Positions 7,665-17,858 of a stretch of DNA of 64,000 nucleotides are shown here, in pieces. The stretch is from assembly GCA_019308905.1 (NCBI GenBank), contig JAFDHF010000003.1:10282-74281 (forward strand), read 5' to 3'. The stretch is from Deltaproteobacteria bacterium. Its GTDB lineage: Bacteria; Desulfobacterota; BSN033; WVXP01. The notes beneath the pieces were generated by a model, which made no database searches, was not told the origin of the DNA, and saw only the letters and a list, made by a program, of their open reading frames with translations. Positions within the stretch are counted from its first letter, which is position 1. Every line of letters starts with the position of its first letter. The translations under genes were made by a program, and so were the position numbers.

Positions 7665-9575
7665 ATGGCAACATCTACTGTGAGCGGCTTGGCTTCGGGG
7701 ATCAACTGGACGGACATAATAAGCCAGTTGATGGAAATCGAACGCCGCCCCATCACACTTCTTGAGAGCAGGAAGTCCGACTACCAGGAGAAGCTCTCCG
7801 CGTGGCAGACGATCAATACGCGTCTTTTGTCTCTCAAGAGCGAAGCCGACTCCCTGAAAACCGCCTCCGATTTTCTAGCAAAGACCGCCTCGTCCAGCGA
7901 CGAGGACATCCTTACGGTCTCCGCCACCAGCTCCGCTGTGGCAGGCAGTTACTCGGTAACGGTCAACCGGCTTGCCCAGTCCCACAAGATCGGCTCTCAA
8001 GGTTGGGAGGACGAGGACAGTACGGCTGTGGCCAGCAGCTCCGGGACCTTCACATTCTCGGTGGGGTCCGGTGACAGCGTGGAGATATCGGTGGATTCCA
8101 CCACCACCCTGCTCGATCTCAGGGATGCCATCAACGGAGCCGACGGCGGCCTCACCGCTACGATCCTCAATGACGGTTCGGCAACCAATCCTTACCGTCT
8201 GGTACTGACGGCCGACGAATCCGGAGAGGAAAATGCCATCACGATCTCAAATAACGACACTTCTCTCAACTTCAGCACAAAGAGTATCGAGACGGCCGCG
8301 GCCGACAGCGACAACACCTTTGACGGTACCGTAACCTCTTCCGGCACGTACACCGGTACGGAAAACAAGACCTATCTGATCGAGATCACCACTGGAGGGG
8401 CTCTAGGGGCAGCCAAATTCAAAGTTTCCGAGGACGGTGGAGTAACCTGGGGTGCTGCCGATGCGTACACGACCAGTGCGACCGCCACGTCGATTTTCGA
8501 CGAGCTCCACAGCACAGATCAGGGGGTGGATGTGGCCTTCGGAGCCGGAACCCAGGATTTCGCCGTGGGAGACCGCTTTACCATTGACGTATTCAACCCC
8601 ACCCTTCAGGCTGCACAGGACGCGAGCCTCGAGGTGGACAACATCAGCATGACCAAGAGCTCCAATACAATCACCGATGTGATCGAGGGAATGACCCTCA
8701 ACCTTCTCTCCGCAGATTCCAGCAGTCCGGTTTCCGTCACTGTCTCGAACGACACGTCGACGGTCATGTCCAATATCAGCGATTTTGTGGAGGCTTACAA
8801 CAGCGCCCTTTCCCTTATCGATGAGCAGTTTCAGTACGATAGCGACAACGATACTTCGGGTCCCCTCAACGGGGACGCAACTCTGCGCAATATCCAACAG
8901 CAGCTCAGGAGCATTATCAGCACATCCATCGATGGGCTCACCGGCGACTATGTGGTTCTCTCCCAGATCGGAATCAAGACCGGAAGCGACGGGCAACTCG
9001 CGATCGACGAATCTGATCTCTCTGACGCCCTTTCTGACGATTTTGTGGGGGTCAGCCGGATTTTCGTTGGTCACGGCAGCACGAGCCACGGTTCCGTCTC
9101 CTACCTCTCCCACACCGATGACACCGAGGCCGGCACTTACGATATCCGTATTTCCGGCAACACCTTGCAGTTCAGAGTGTCCGGCGGGGATACATGGTAC
9201 GATGCCCCAGAGGCGGTGGACAGTTCGGATGTTTTTACCGGGCCAGAAGACAGTCCCATGGAGGGCTTGAGAATCCAGACAGCGGCGTCGACTCCCGGCG
9301 ACTATGGGACAGTGACCATTACCCGTGGGGTGGCCGCCCAGCTGAGCAGGCAACTGGATTATCTCACCGACTCGTACACGGGTACGATTCACTACCAGGA
9401 AAAGGGCATCGAGGACCACATGGACTATCTGGACGACCGGATCGCCGATCTCGAAGTCCGGATGGACCAGATTGAGGCGAGGTACACCAGGCAGTTTTCT
9501 GTTCTGGAAGCCCTGCTCGGTCGGATGCAGAGCCAGAGTGACTGGTTGACCAACCAGGTGGTGAGATTGCGTTAG
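7665..9575 (+). CDS. fliD: Flagellar filament cap protein FliD
   Basis: MATSTVSGLASGINWTDIISQLMEIERRPITLLESRKSDYQEKLSAWQ... is a FliD N-terminus. The conserved C-terminal coiled coil is present. 636 aa. Confidence 0.9.
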   Translation: MATSTVSGLASGINWTDIISQLMEIERRPITLLESRKSDYQEKLSAWQTINTRLLSLKSEADSLKTASDFLAKTASSSDEDILTVSATSSAVAGSYSVTVNRLAQSHKIGSQGWEDEDSTAVASSSGTFTFSVGSGDSVEISVDSTTTLLDLRDAINGADGGLTATILNDGSATNPYRLVLTADESGEENAITISNNDTSLNFSTKSIETAAADSDNTFDGTVTSSGTYTGTENKTYLIEITTGGALGAAKFKVSEDGGVTWGAADAYTTSATATSIFDELHSTDQGVDVAFGAGTQDFAVGDRFTIDVFNPTLQAAQDASLEVDNISMTKSSNTITDVIEGMTLNLLSADSSSPVSVTVSNDTSTVMSNISDFVEAYNSALSLIDEQFQYDSDNDTSGPLNGDATLRNIQQQLRSIISTSIDGLTGDYVVLSQIGIKTGSDGQLAIDESDLSDALSDDFVGVSRIFVGHGSTSHGSVSYLSHTDDTEAGTYDIRISGNTLQFRVSGGDTWYDAPEAVDSSDVFTGPEDSPMEGLRIQTAASTPGDYGTVTITRGVAAQLSRQLDYLTDSYTGTIHYQEKGIEDHMDYLDDRIADLEVRMDQIEARYTRQFSVLEALLGRMQSQSDWLTNQVVRLR

Positions 9576-9586
9576 AATACCGGACA

Positions 9587-10039
9587 ATGAAGGGAGTATG
9601 TCACATGGATCTGAACTATTCCTTTACCCAGTACCAGAAGACCCGCTTTGTCACGGCGGACCAGGGCAGGCTGATTCTCATGATGTATGACGGGGCTATC
9701 CGGTTCATTGAACAGGCAAAGACGAAGATGGAAAGGGGAGACATCCCGGGCAAGGGGATTGCCATTGCAAGGGCCCAGGGTATAATTTCCGAATTGAACG
9801 GCAGCCTGAACCGAGAAAAGGGAGGCCAGTTGGCCCTTTCTCTGGAAACCCTTTATCTGTACATCAACAATCAGCTCTCCATGGCCAACCTCAAGAACAG
9901 CCAAGAACACCTGGACGACGCACTCAAGGTTATTCGGGAACTGTTGACCGGGTGGAAGGCGATTATCCAACGGCCCAACTCCCAGAGGCTCCACAGGGCA
10001 GCAAGAGATTTCAGGCCTGAGACCGCATCGGCTCTGTAG
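9587..10039 (+). CDS. fliS: Flagellin-specific chaperone FliS
   Basis: FTQYQKTRFVTADQGRLILMMYDGAIRFIEQAK...LYLYINNQL is the FliS four-helix-bundle signature. Start may be 9587 or the ATG at 9605. Confidence 0.85.
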   Translation: MKGVCHMDLNYSFTQYQKTRFVTADQGRLILMMYDGAIRFIEQAKTKMERGDIPGKGIAIARAQGIISELNGSLNREKGGQLALSLETLYLYINNQLSMANLKNSQEHLDDALKVIRELLTGWKAIIQRPNSQRLHRAARDFRPETASAL

Positions 10040-10126
10040 GGAAGGTTGCAGGAAACCCCAAGGTTGTTCCTTTCTGAAAGGGGCGAGGCAGATCTTTCCT
10101 CTCCTGCCGGAGTTGCCCGCACCCGG

Positions 10127-10141
10127 GGTTGATACCTTGCA
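10127..10141 (+). promoter_or_regulatory. Possible sigma-54 -24/-12 element upstream of the island
   Basis: GGTTGATACCTTGCA: GG and TTGC at the correct 12-nt register. The -24 box is a weak match to TGGCAC. Confidence 0.25.
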
Positions 10142-10147
10142 GGGTCC

Positions 10148-13100
10148 GTGGTCCGGGGATACGCCTCCCCGCCTTTGCTCCCGAATAACAACAAAAGACA
10201 TCCATGGGTACCTTGCCTCACCGGCCCGGTCTCCGTCTCAGGCATGGGTTGGTACGGCCTTTGCTTCCAAGGCGGTGGATATTTCCCTGACCGGAAAAGC
10301 AAACTGGAGGACGGGGTGGCTACCGGGTCGTGTCTCAATATCCTCACCTTCAACTGGCATGAGGCTTATCTGACGATGCTCGCCCGAACAGGGCATCTTT
10401 TCCACGCGGTGGAGGTCGCCAAGGGGGGACACTTCGGGTGGCAATACAACATGCGACCTCTCCCTGAAAACATCACCCTCCTGCAGGAGGCGGAGGCCCT
10501 CGCAAGGCTCCGGGCAGGGGATTTCGACCTCGTGGTATGCCATAACATGAGGGACCTTCTGGCAGTCGAAGGGGTCGATATCCCCAAGATCCTCGTGTTT
10601 CACAACAAGATCTCCACCGAAATCGCCCTGGGAGGCCACAGGGCCACAGCCGAACAGTACCGTACCGGGATCCGTGACCTTGCGGCAAGAAACCGTCTGA
10701 CCCTTGTCTTTATCTCCGAGTCTAAGCGGGAGAACTGCGCACTGGAAGGACCCGTGATCCTCCCAGGGATCGACCTGAATCACTACGGCGGGTATAAGGG
10801 GGAGGTGGAGCGGGTTCTCAGGGTGGGCAACCTCATGAAAGAACGGGACATCATGCTCGGGTTCTCATGGCAGGAGGAGATCCTGAGGGGTATCCCCTCC
10901 ACCCTTGTAGGAATCAATCCTACGGTTGCCGAGTCGAGAGTGTCGGAAAGCTGGCAGGATCTGAAGAACCACTATCAGAGCCACCGCCTTTTTCTCAACT
11001 CCACCCTCCATCCGTGGGAAGACGGGTACAACCTGGCCATGCTGGAGGCCATGGCCACGGGGATGCCTGTTGTCTCCATTGCGAACCCGACATCCCCGAT
11101 CGTGGACGGCATAAATGGTTACATTTCTCAGGACACGGCTTATCTGAGGCATAGGATCGAAGAACTTCTCTCGGACAGGGAAAAGGCCTCCGAACTCGGG
11201 AGGCAAGCCCGGAAGACTGTGGAGAAGCGGTTTCCCATGGCCCGGTTCGTCCGAGGCTGGAACCGTCTTTTCGAAAAGGTCATGGAGAGATCGACGAATC
11301 CCGCGATCCCCCGCTGGCGGAGAAATCCCGAGTGGTGTCGAGGCGGTCGCTCTCGGTCCACGAGGGAAAACACTGTTGGGATGAAAAACGTCCTTCTCTG
11401 CTATACCTCCAACCCGACTACGACGGGATGCTACCTGGAGAGAAGCTTCAGAAGGCATCACAACGTTATCACCTGTGGTCCTGCTATCAGCCGGGAAATG
11501 ATCCGCGCCTGGAACCTTGAAAACATGAAGGAGAAGCCCAGGACTCATGATTTTTCCTCGGCTTCAGTGGATCTGAGGGTTGTCATGGGATCCGTGGGCA
11601 AGGTTTGGCGCCCCGACTTCTTGCTCTGGGTCGAGACGGGGATCTGGTTTCCCCTGGAGGGGCTCGATTCACTCGACTGCCCCAGGGCCTGTTACCTCAT
11701 CGACACCCATCTGCACAGGGATCTCCATCTCAGGTGGGCCAGAAACTTCGATGTGGTCTTTCTGGCCCAGCGGGCCTATATCCCGATTTTCCAGGAGGCA
11801 GGGATAGAAAGGGTCTACTGGCTTCCTCTGGCCTGTGATCGTGATATCCACGGCAGGAAGAGGGTAAAGAAGCGCTATGATATTGGGTTCGTAGGGAGCA
11901 TCACCGCTGGAAACCAGAGGAGAATCGTTCTTCTCGATCGGCTTTCAAAGCGTTTTGATCTTCATGTTGAGAGATGTTTTCTCAAGGACATGGCCCGTGT
12001 TTTCAGTGCTTCGAGAATCGTCTTCAACAACGCCATCAAAGATGATCTCAACATGCGTATTTTCGAGGTCCTTGCCAGTGGAAGCCTTCTCCTTACCGAC
12101 AGGGCCAGGGGGAGCGGGCTCGAGGACCTCTTCCAGGACAGGGTCCACCTGGTGATCTACGAGGACGAGAGTCTGGAAGATATCGCCGGATACTATCTCG
12201 ACCATGAGGAAGAGCGGGAGGCCATAGCGGCCAGGGGAAGAAGAGAGGTCCTGATGAGGCATACCTACGACCACAGGGTTCGGGAGATCATCAACAGGCT
12301 CGGGGACGTGAGCCAACAGGGCAGTCGGAGGGCTTCCTGGAGGGCAATGAGAGGATTCAGGCGGAGGCCTCAGCAGGGGCCGAGCCCCGCGAGTTCGATT
12401 CCAGGTGAGAAACTCGAAGAGAAGGGCTGCCTGACCGAAGCGAGAGAGCGATATTGGGAGCGGTTGAAGAGAGACCCATCAGACAGAAGGGCGCTCATGG
12501 GGCTCGGCAGGATCTCCATCCGGTTTCAGAAGTGGCAGGCCGCAGAGTCATACCTCCAGAGGGCGGTTGATGTGGAGGAGGATTGGGAGTCGCTCTTTCT
12601 CCTGGCGAGGTGCAAGATGAATTCTGGAAAGCAGTCAGAGGCACTGGCCTATCTCGACAGAGCCAGGGATCAGGACGGCCGGGATCCCCGTCGTCGGACG
12701 GCGGTGCTCAGCGCCATGGGGGAGTGCCTGGGACAATTGGGTGATTACGAAAGAGCAGAGGCGAGCTTTGTCGAGGCCGCCGGTGTGGACCCCTCTTCCG
12801 ATGAGGCCTGGACCGGCTTGGGAGAGGTCGAAAGTATGAGAGGGAATCACGAAAAAGCAGAAGGGGCCTTTCGAAAGGCCGTCGGTATCAACTCGAAGAA
12901 CGATCGTGCCCGGTGCGGCCTGGGACTCGCCGTGTGGGAGCGGGGCAAAAGGGACGAGGCCATCGAAATACTCCAAAGGGCTCTCGACATAAACCCCGAA
13001 AACCTGGTCTGCCTGAACCGTCTTCTCGGATGCTGCCGCGAGGAGGGGATGTTCAATGTGGCGGAGAGGTATCTCAAGGAGTACCTGAGGGTCCATCCCT

Positions 13101-13333
13101 TGAATTGCGAGGTTCTTTACGGCTTGGGCTCGCTCTACTACGAGTGGGGGCGGTACGAGGAAGCCAGGAGAGCGGCGGAGACGATCCTCATGTTCGAGCC
13201 GAACCACAAAGGAGCAAATGAGATGACAGCCCTCCTCGCGGGCAAGGAGGAAAAGGGAAGTGAGGGGCGGCCCCCTCTGCCCGATCCGGGGGGTCCCGGG
13301 TCCTGGAAAAAGCAAGACCGGCCTATGCCTTGA
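10148..13333 (+). CDS. Multidomain glycosyltransferase: GT4-like + CgeB-like (Glyco_trans_1_2/DUF3880) + C-terminal TPR
   Basis: N-terminal part has EDGYNLAMLEAMATGMPVV (GT4 E-x7-E). The middle part has FEVLASGSLLLTD...HTYDHRVREI, CgeB-like. C-terminal about 300 aa are TPR repeats. Start uncertain (10148 or ATG 10244). Confidence 0.7.
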   Translation: MVRGYASPPLLPNNNKRHPWVPCLTGPVSVSGMGWYGLCFQGGGYFPDRKSKLEDGVATGSCLNILTFNWHEAYLTMLARTGHLFHAVEVAKGGHFGWQYNMRPLPENITLLQEAEALARLRAGDFDLVVCHNMRDLLAVEGVDIPKILVFHNKISTEIALGGHRATAEQYRTGIRDLAARNRLTLVFISESKRENCALEGPVILPGIDLNHYGGYKGEVERVLRVGNLMKERDIMLGFSWQEEILRGIPSTLVGINPTVAESRVSESWQDLKNHYQSHRLFLNSTLHPWEDGYNLAMLEAMATGMPVVSIANPTSPIVDGINGYISQDTAYLRHRIEELLSDREKASELGRQARKTVEKRFPMARFVRGWNRLFEKVMERSTNPAIPRWRRNPEWCRGGRSRSTRENTVGMKNVLLCYTSNPTTTGCYLERSFRRHHNVITCGPAISREMIRAWNLENMKEKPRTHDFSSASVDLRVVMGSVGKVWRPDFLLWVETGIWFPLEGLDSLDCPRACYLIDTHLHRDLHLRWARNFDVVFLAQRAYIPIFQEAGIERVYWLPLACDRDIHGRKRVKKRYDIGFVGSITAGNQRRIVLLDRLSKRFDLHVERCFLKDMARVFSASRIVFNNAIKDDLNMRIFEVLASGSLLLTDRARGSGLEDLFQDRVHLVIYEDESLEDIAGYYLDHEEEREAIAARGRREVLMRHTYDHRVREIINRLGDVSQQGSRRASWRAMRGFRRRPQQGPSPASSIPGEKLEEKGCLTEARERYWERLKRDPSDRRALMGLGRISIRFQKWQAAESYLQRAVDVEEDWESLFLLARCKMNSGKQSEALAYLDRARDQDGRDPRRRTAVLSAMGECLGQLGDYERAEASFVEAAGVDPSSDEAWTGLGEVESMRGNHEKAEGAFRKAVGINSKNDRARCGLGLAVWERGKRDEAIEILQRALDINPENLVCLNRLLGCCREEGMFNVAERYLKEYLRVHPLNCEVLYGLGSLYYEWGRYEEARRAAETILMFEPNHKGANEMTALLAGKEEKGSEGRPPLPDPGGPGSWKKQDRPMP

Positions 13334-14558
13334 TCCTCAGGGGAGAGCGGTGTCAACCCATACTGGCAAGGTCAGCCTTTACATACCCTGCCGAAACGCA
13401 GAGAAGCATCTGGAAAAGACTCTGAGGAGTGTCTTCTCCCAAACCCACCCGCTTCTCGAGGTCATCGCGGTGGACGACGGGTCCGAAGATCGTACGGGGG
13501 AGATTCTCGAGTCTTACGGGGTCAGAGTCGTCAGGCATCAAGAGCCCATGGGGATCACCCGGGCGCGCAATACCGCCCTCCACCATGCCAGAGGGGAATT
13601 CCTCGCCTCTGTCGATGCGGATGTCGTGCTCGAACCGGACTGGTTGGAGAAAATCATGACCAACTTCTCCGAAGGGTTTGTGGGGGGTGTTGGAGGGAGA
13701 ATCGTCGAAAGGAACGTCGATTCTCTGGTGGGGAGGTGGATCCTCGCCCACCGGAATCCAGACAAGGGAGAGACAAAACTGGTACCCCCGGCCCTTCCGA
13801 CCACGGCCGTGGTCTACAGGAGAAAGACCCTCCTGGAGATCGGCGGGTTCAACGACGATAAGCGTTACGACCACTCCGACCTCGACGCCTCAATGCGGGC
13901 GGTCATGATCGGATACAGGCTCGTCTATGAACCCGAAGCCACGTGCTATCACTACTTTCAGGGAGACATACGAAGGCTCTTTGACGGGATGTGGCGGTTC
14001 AAGAAAGACGCCTATGTGAACTGCGGGCTTTTTGTCAACCCCTTTGGTTTGAGAAGAAAGGTCGAAATAAACCTTGGCGAGTTTTACCAGATGCTGATGG
14101 ACGATTTCGGCGCTGGAAGGCGCACCATCATGCCTCTGGATATTATCGGGGCATTGCGTCATTCCCTCATGGACATCCGGCTTTATTGCAGACTCCACCC
14201 AGACCACATCAGAGGTCTTGAAGGGGACACCTTTGGAGCCCTGAAACTCGGGCTCCGATACATTCTGGAGCAAAAGGAGGCTGTCTCCGGCCCGCTGGCA
14301 GCGGATATTCTGAGAGAGATCTGGGACATTTCCGTGGACTCCGCAAGAGAGGGGGCGTTGTCCGAGTCCGCAGGGGGAAATGGGAATGTCGGCCTCTCCG
14401 GTTTTCTCAGGGCCCGGTTTCCAAGGGCCGATCTGGAGAGGGTCTCGGAGTGGCTGACCATGTTCCTGGGCTTCCTGAACAGTTTTCCCGACGAGATATG
14501 GGAAAGCATGAATAGACCGGCCGAGCAAGCAGGCCGGAGTATGACGGATCAGGGTTGA
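13260..14558 (+). CDS. GT2-family glycosyltransferase
   Basis: SLYIPCRNAEKHLEKTLRSVFSQTHPLLEVIAVDDGSEDRT...SVDADVVLEPDW is a GT-A DxD fold. Start uncertain (ATG 13260 overlapping the upstream gene, or GTG 13350). Confidence 0.8.
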   Translation: MRGGPLCPIRGVPGPGKSKTGLCLDPQGRAVSTHTGKVSLYIPCRNAEKHLEKTLRSVFSQTHPLLEVIAVDDGSEDRTGEILESYGVRVVRHQEPMGITRARNTALHHARGEFLASVDADVVLEPDWLEKIMTNFSEGFVGGVGGRIVERNVDSLVGRWILAHRNPDKGETKLVPPALPTTAVVYRRKTLLEIGGFNDDKRYDHSDLDASMRAVMIGYRLVYEPEATCYHYFQGDIRRLFDGMWRFKKDAYVNCGLFVNPFGLRRKVEINLGEFYQMLMDDFGAGRRTIMPLDIIGALRHSLMDIRLYCRLHPDHIRGLEGDTFGALKLGLRYILEQKEAVSGPLAADILREIWDISVDSAREGALSESAGGNGNVGLSGFLRARFPRADLERVSEWLTMFLGFLNSFPDEIWESMNRPAEQAGRSMTDQG

Positions 14559-16084
14559 GGGCAGAGCATATGGAAAAGACGATGGCTGAAACCGCAAGCT
14601 GGAAGGCAGGGGAAGGCGACGTCAGGGTCTTCGACACCCACCCGGAAGCCGTTGCCCTTCAGCCTTTTTGTGTGGGAAAGGGTGTGGACGTGGGGTGCGG
14701 CTTCAGGAAGACACACCCCGACGCGATCGGTATCGATTTGCTGGGAAAAGGTGAGATAGGGCAGTACGGTTGCATGGAGGGAATGCCCTCTGTTGCAGAC
14801 ATAAAGGCATCAGGGGACGATCTCTACATGTTCAAAGACGGGGAACTCGACTACGTGGTGAACAGGCATAATCTCGAGCACTATGTGGACGTCGTCAAGA
14901 CTCTTTGGGAATGGAAGCGGGTGCTTAAGATCGGAGGAGTGCTGGGCATGGTCCTTCCCGATGAGACCAGACTCGATACCATAGCTCTCGATCCCACCCA
15001 TAAGCATGTTTTCACGCCCGAAAGCATAACGAACCTACTTGTATTGATCGGTGGGTTTCGGGTGGAGAAGGTCGAGGTCGTAATTCCCGACTGGTCATTC
15101 CTCGTGGTCGCAAGGAGGGTCGAGGAGAAGGGGGCGCTGGGTAAAACGTTACCGAGTGGGCTGTTCGGAGAACTTCGGTCTTGCCTTCCGGAGCGGCGCG
15201 GATCCTTGCAGCAGGAAGACTCGGATTCGGCTTGTGAAGGATCTGCCGTGGCGACAAGTACGTACAGCCATATACCCACAATTATCCGTTTCCTGAAAAA
15301 GACAAGGCCTTCGTCGATTCTCGACGTGGGCGTTGGAAACGGGAAGATCGGCTTTGTTGCGAGGGACTACCTCGATGTGATGCTGGGCCAGAGAAACAGG
15401 AGAAAAGACTGGAGAGTGAGGATAGACGGAATCGAGATATTCTCTGACTATATCCAGGAACATCAGAAGGCCGTTTACGACAGTATCTTCATCGGTGACG
15501 CCTTGGATGTCATCCAGAAGCTGGAAAGATACGATGTTGTCATCCTCGGCGACGTGGTCGAGCATCTCGAGAAAGAAAGGGCAATGGATCTGCTGGACGC
15601 ATGTGCTTCTCGGTGCGGTTACATGATTCTGGCCATGCCACTGGGAAGGAACTGGAAACAACCCGCCGTGTACGGCTACCCCTCCGAGGAGTGCTGCTCC
15701 TTTTGGCAATACGAGGAGTTCAAGCCTTTTGTCTGTGATGAGGAGCTCTTCTCGTTTTCCGGTACCGGTGACTACGGGTGCTTTCTCGTGCAAACCGAGG
15801 ATTATCTTCACCATCGTACAAGGGAGAAGGCGGACGCCCTCTTCTCGGAAGGAAAGAGGGATCAGGCCGTGGCGTACATGGAGAATTCGATCCGTCAACT
15901 TCCCCCAAACGTGGAGAGTGAGTATATCCTGGTGGACCTGCTTCTCAAGAGCGGCAGGATCCGGGAGGCGGTGGATCGCCTCAAAGGGATTCTGAATGTA
16001 TTCCCCGAGAACAGGGCGGCCAAGCGGTATCTTGGCATGCTTGCCGAAAAGACTACGGTAGCTTCCCAACCGGGGAACCAGTGA
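14555..16084 (+). CDS. Tandem class I SAM-dependent methyltransferase domains + C-terminal TPR
   Basis: Two motif-I glycine loops (VDVGCGFRK... and ILDVGVGNGKIG...), each followed by acidic motifs. TPR-like C-terminus. ATGA overlap with the upstream gene. Confidence 0.75.
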   Translation: MRAEHMEKTMAETASWKAGEGDVRVFDTHPEAVALQPFCVGKGVDVGCGFRKTHPDAIGIDLLGKGEIGQYGCMEGMPSVADIKASGDDLYMFKDGELDYVVNRHNLEHYVDVVKTLWEWKRVLKIGGVLGMVLPDETRLDTIALDPTHKHVFTPESITNLLVLIGGFRVEKVEVVIPDWSFLVVARRVEEKGALGKTLPSGLFGELRSCLPERRGSLQQEDSDSACEGSAVATSTYSHIPTIIRFLKKTRPSSILDVGVGNGKIGFVARDYLDVMLGQRNRRKDWRVRIDGIEIFSDYIQEHQKAVYDSIFIGDALDVIQKLERYDVVILGDVVEHLEKERAMDLLDACASRCGYMILAMPLGRNWKQPAVYGYPSEECCSFWQYEEFKPFVCDEELFSFSGTGDYGCFLVQTEDYLHHRTREKADALFSEGKRDQAVAYMENSIRQLPPNVESEYILVDLLLKSGRIREAVDRLKGILNVFPENRAAKRYLGMLAEKTTVASQPGNQ

Positions 16085-16123
16085 GGTGGAAGCCCGGTCG
16101 CTCGATCCCATGGAGAGATACCA

Positions 16124-17821
16124 TTGGCGAAGTTGGTCTGGGCCAGCCTGGATGACTACCTGCCCCCTGGCAAGGGTTTTGGGTGTGTGGGCAGAAGCGT
16201 GGCAAACCACGCCTTCTTCCAGGCTCTCATGAGATACGGCCGTTTCGACGAATACCACTTTTTCCTCGCAAACGGGAGTCACAGGAGGGCCTTCGAGACG
16301 GGCCACGGAGGCTTTCTGGAATCCGTGGGTGCGAGCAAGAAGGTGAGACTATTCGACCGCTTGGACCTACCGGAGCAGGTGAGCAAGTACGACTATACGG
16401 TCTTTCATCAGGGCGATCACATAACCTACTTCAACTCTCTCTGCCACTTTCGTAACCGATCGGCTTCCTTCCCTGTCACGGCTTTCATCCACTCGTTGAG
16501 CTATCAGAGCTTTATGAGCACCTACCTCCAGATGACCCTCGGGGGGGTGACATGCTCTGATGCGTTGATTTGTTCGTCCGTGAGTGGGAAAAAGGTACTC
16601 GAAAACTGTTTTGGACACATTGCCCGTCAGTTGAAAAGAGAGCCCCCCTCCGTTCAGATGGAGGTCATTCCGCTCGGGGTGGACGGCGGGGGCATGTACA
16701 AACTCAGCCGGCGTGCTGCCAGGAAGCGGCTCGGGCTTGATGAGAAGGAAGTGATCGGGCTCTGTTTCGGCAGATTCTCAGACTACGACAAGATGGATCT
16801 CTTCCCACTGTTGCAGGCCTTCCAGATGATTCTGAGAGCGGGCCGGCCGTGGAGACTGATCCTGGCCGGGGCCGTTCACGTGGAGGCCTATCTTGAAATC
16901 TTGAAGCTATGGGCCAGGGTTTTGGGAGTTTCCAATAGGGTGACTTTTCTCACCAACCTCTCAGAGGAGGAGAAGGCAGCTGTCTACGGGGCTGCCGACT
17001 TCTTTACTTCCGTCAGCGACAACCCCCAGGAGACCTTCGGGATTACCCTTCTGGAGGCCATGGGATGGGGGCTCCCCCTCCTTGTCTCCGACTTTGACGG
17101 ATACAGGGAGATCGTCACCGAGGATGTGGGAAGGAGAATCGCGACCACATGGGGCGACTTTGAACCCTTCTGGAAGCTGAGCCCTCTGATGGACGAGGTC
17201 ACCCTCCATCGATATCTCGGCCAGTCGGTCTGTGTGGACGTGGAGGGACTGGCCGACGGCCTGGAGTTCTTCTTCTCGGACCCGGATCGCTGCCGGGAAA
17301 TGGGAATGGCAGCCAGAGAACGATTCTTGAGGCTCTACGACTCACGCGTGATCATTCCACGGTTGGAAGCCCTCTGGACGAGGCTGAAAGAGGGTTTTCG
17401 TCCCGGCCCCGGAGCTTCCTGCGAAGACCCTCTGGCCATGAAGGCCTTTCCCTGCTTCTCGCACTATGTGACCCAGACTCTGAGTCACGAGATGAGGATA
17501 AGAACCACCCGGTTTGGGCGGAGCCTGCTGGCTTCAGAAGTGCGGTATCCCCTGCTCTCGGGGATGGGCCGTCTGGTAGATCCTGAAGAAACAGGTCTTG
17601 TTATGGCCCAGGCAATGGACCCCTGTTCGGTCGGCCAGATTTTGAGGAGCGCCGAGCACCAAGAGTGGAAGAGGCGCTATCTGATACTGTGGATGCTCAA
17701 ACACGGCCTCTTGCAGTTTGTTCCGCATACTGATCGAGAAGGGAACAGACATGCCCCGGAACAGGATGAAACGAGTCCGCTGCTCTTTGCAGGAGACACA
17801 GGGCGTACGGTCCATCGGTAG
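16124..17821 (+). CDS. GT4-family glycosyltransferase
   Basis: C-terminal half ...ETFGITLLEAMGWGLPLLVSDFDGYREIV is a Glycos_transf_1 signature. TTG start. Confidence 0.75.
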   Translation: MAKLVWASLDDYLPPGKGFGCVGRSVANHAFFQALMRYGRFDEYHFFLANGSHRRAFETGHGGFLESVGASKKVRLFDRLDLPEQVSKYDYTVFHQGDHITYFNSLCHFRNRSASFPVTAFIHSLSYQSFMSTYLQMTLGGVTCSDALICSSVSGKKVLENCFGHIARQLKREPPSVQMEVIPLGVDGGGMYKLSRRAARKRLGLDEKEVIGLCFGRFSDYDKMDLFPLLQAFQMILRAGRPWRLILAGAVHVEAYLEILKLWARVLGVSNRVTFLTNLSEEEKAAVYGAADFFTSVSDNPQETFGITLLEAMGWGLPLLVSDFDGYREIVTEDVGRRIATTWGDFEPFWKLSPLMDEVTLHRYLGQSVCVDVEGLADGLEFFFSDPDRCREMGMAARERFLRLYDSRVIIPRLEALWTRLKEGFRPGPGASCEDPLAMKAFPCFSHYVTQTLSHEMRIRTTRFGRSLLASEVRYPLLSGMGRLVDPEETGLVMAQAMDPCSVGQILRSAEHQEWKRRYLILWMLKHGLLQFVPHTDREGNRHAPEQDETSPLLFAGDTGRTVHR

Positions 17822-17858
17822 ATGATGGAGATCGGGCGAGTCACGGGCGGTTTGTATT

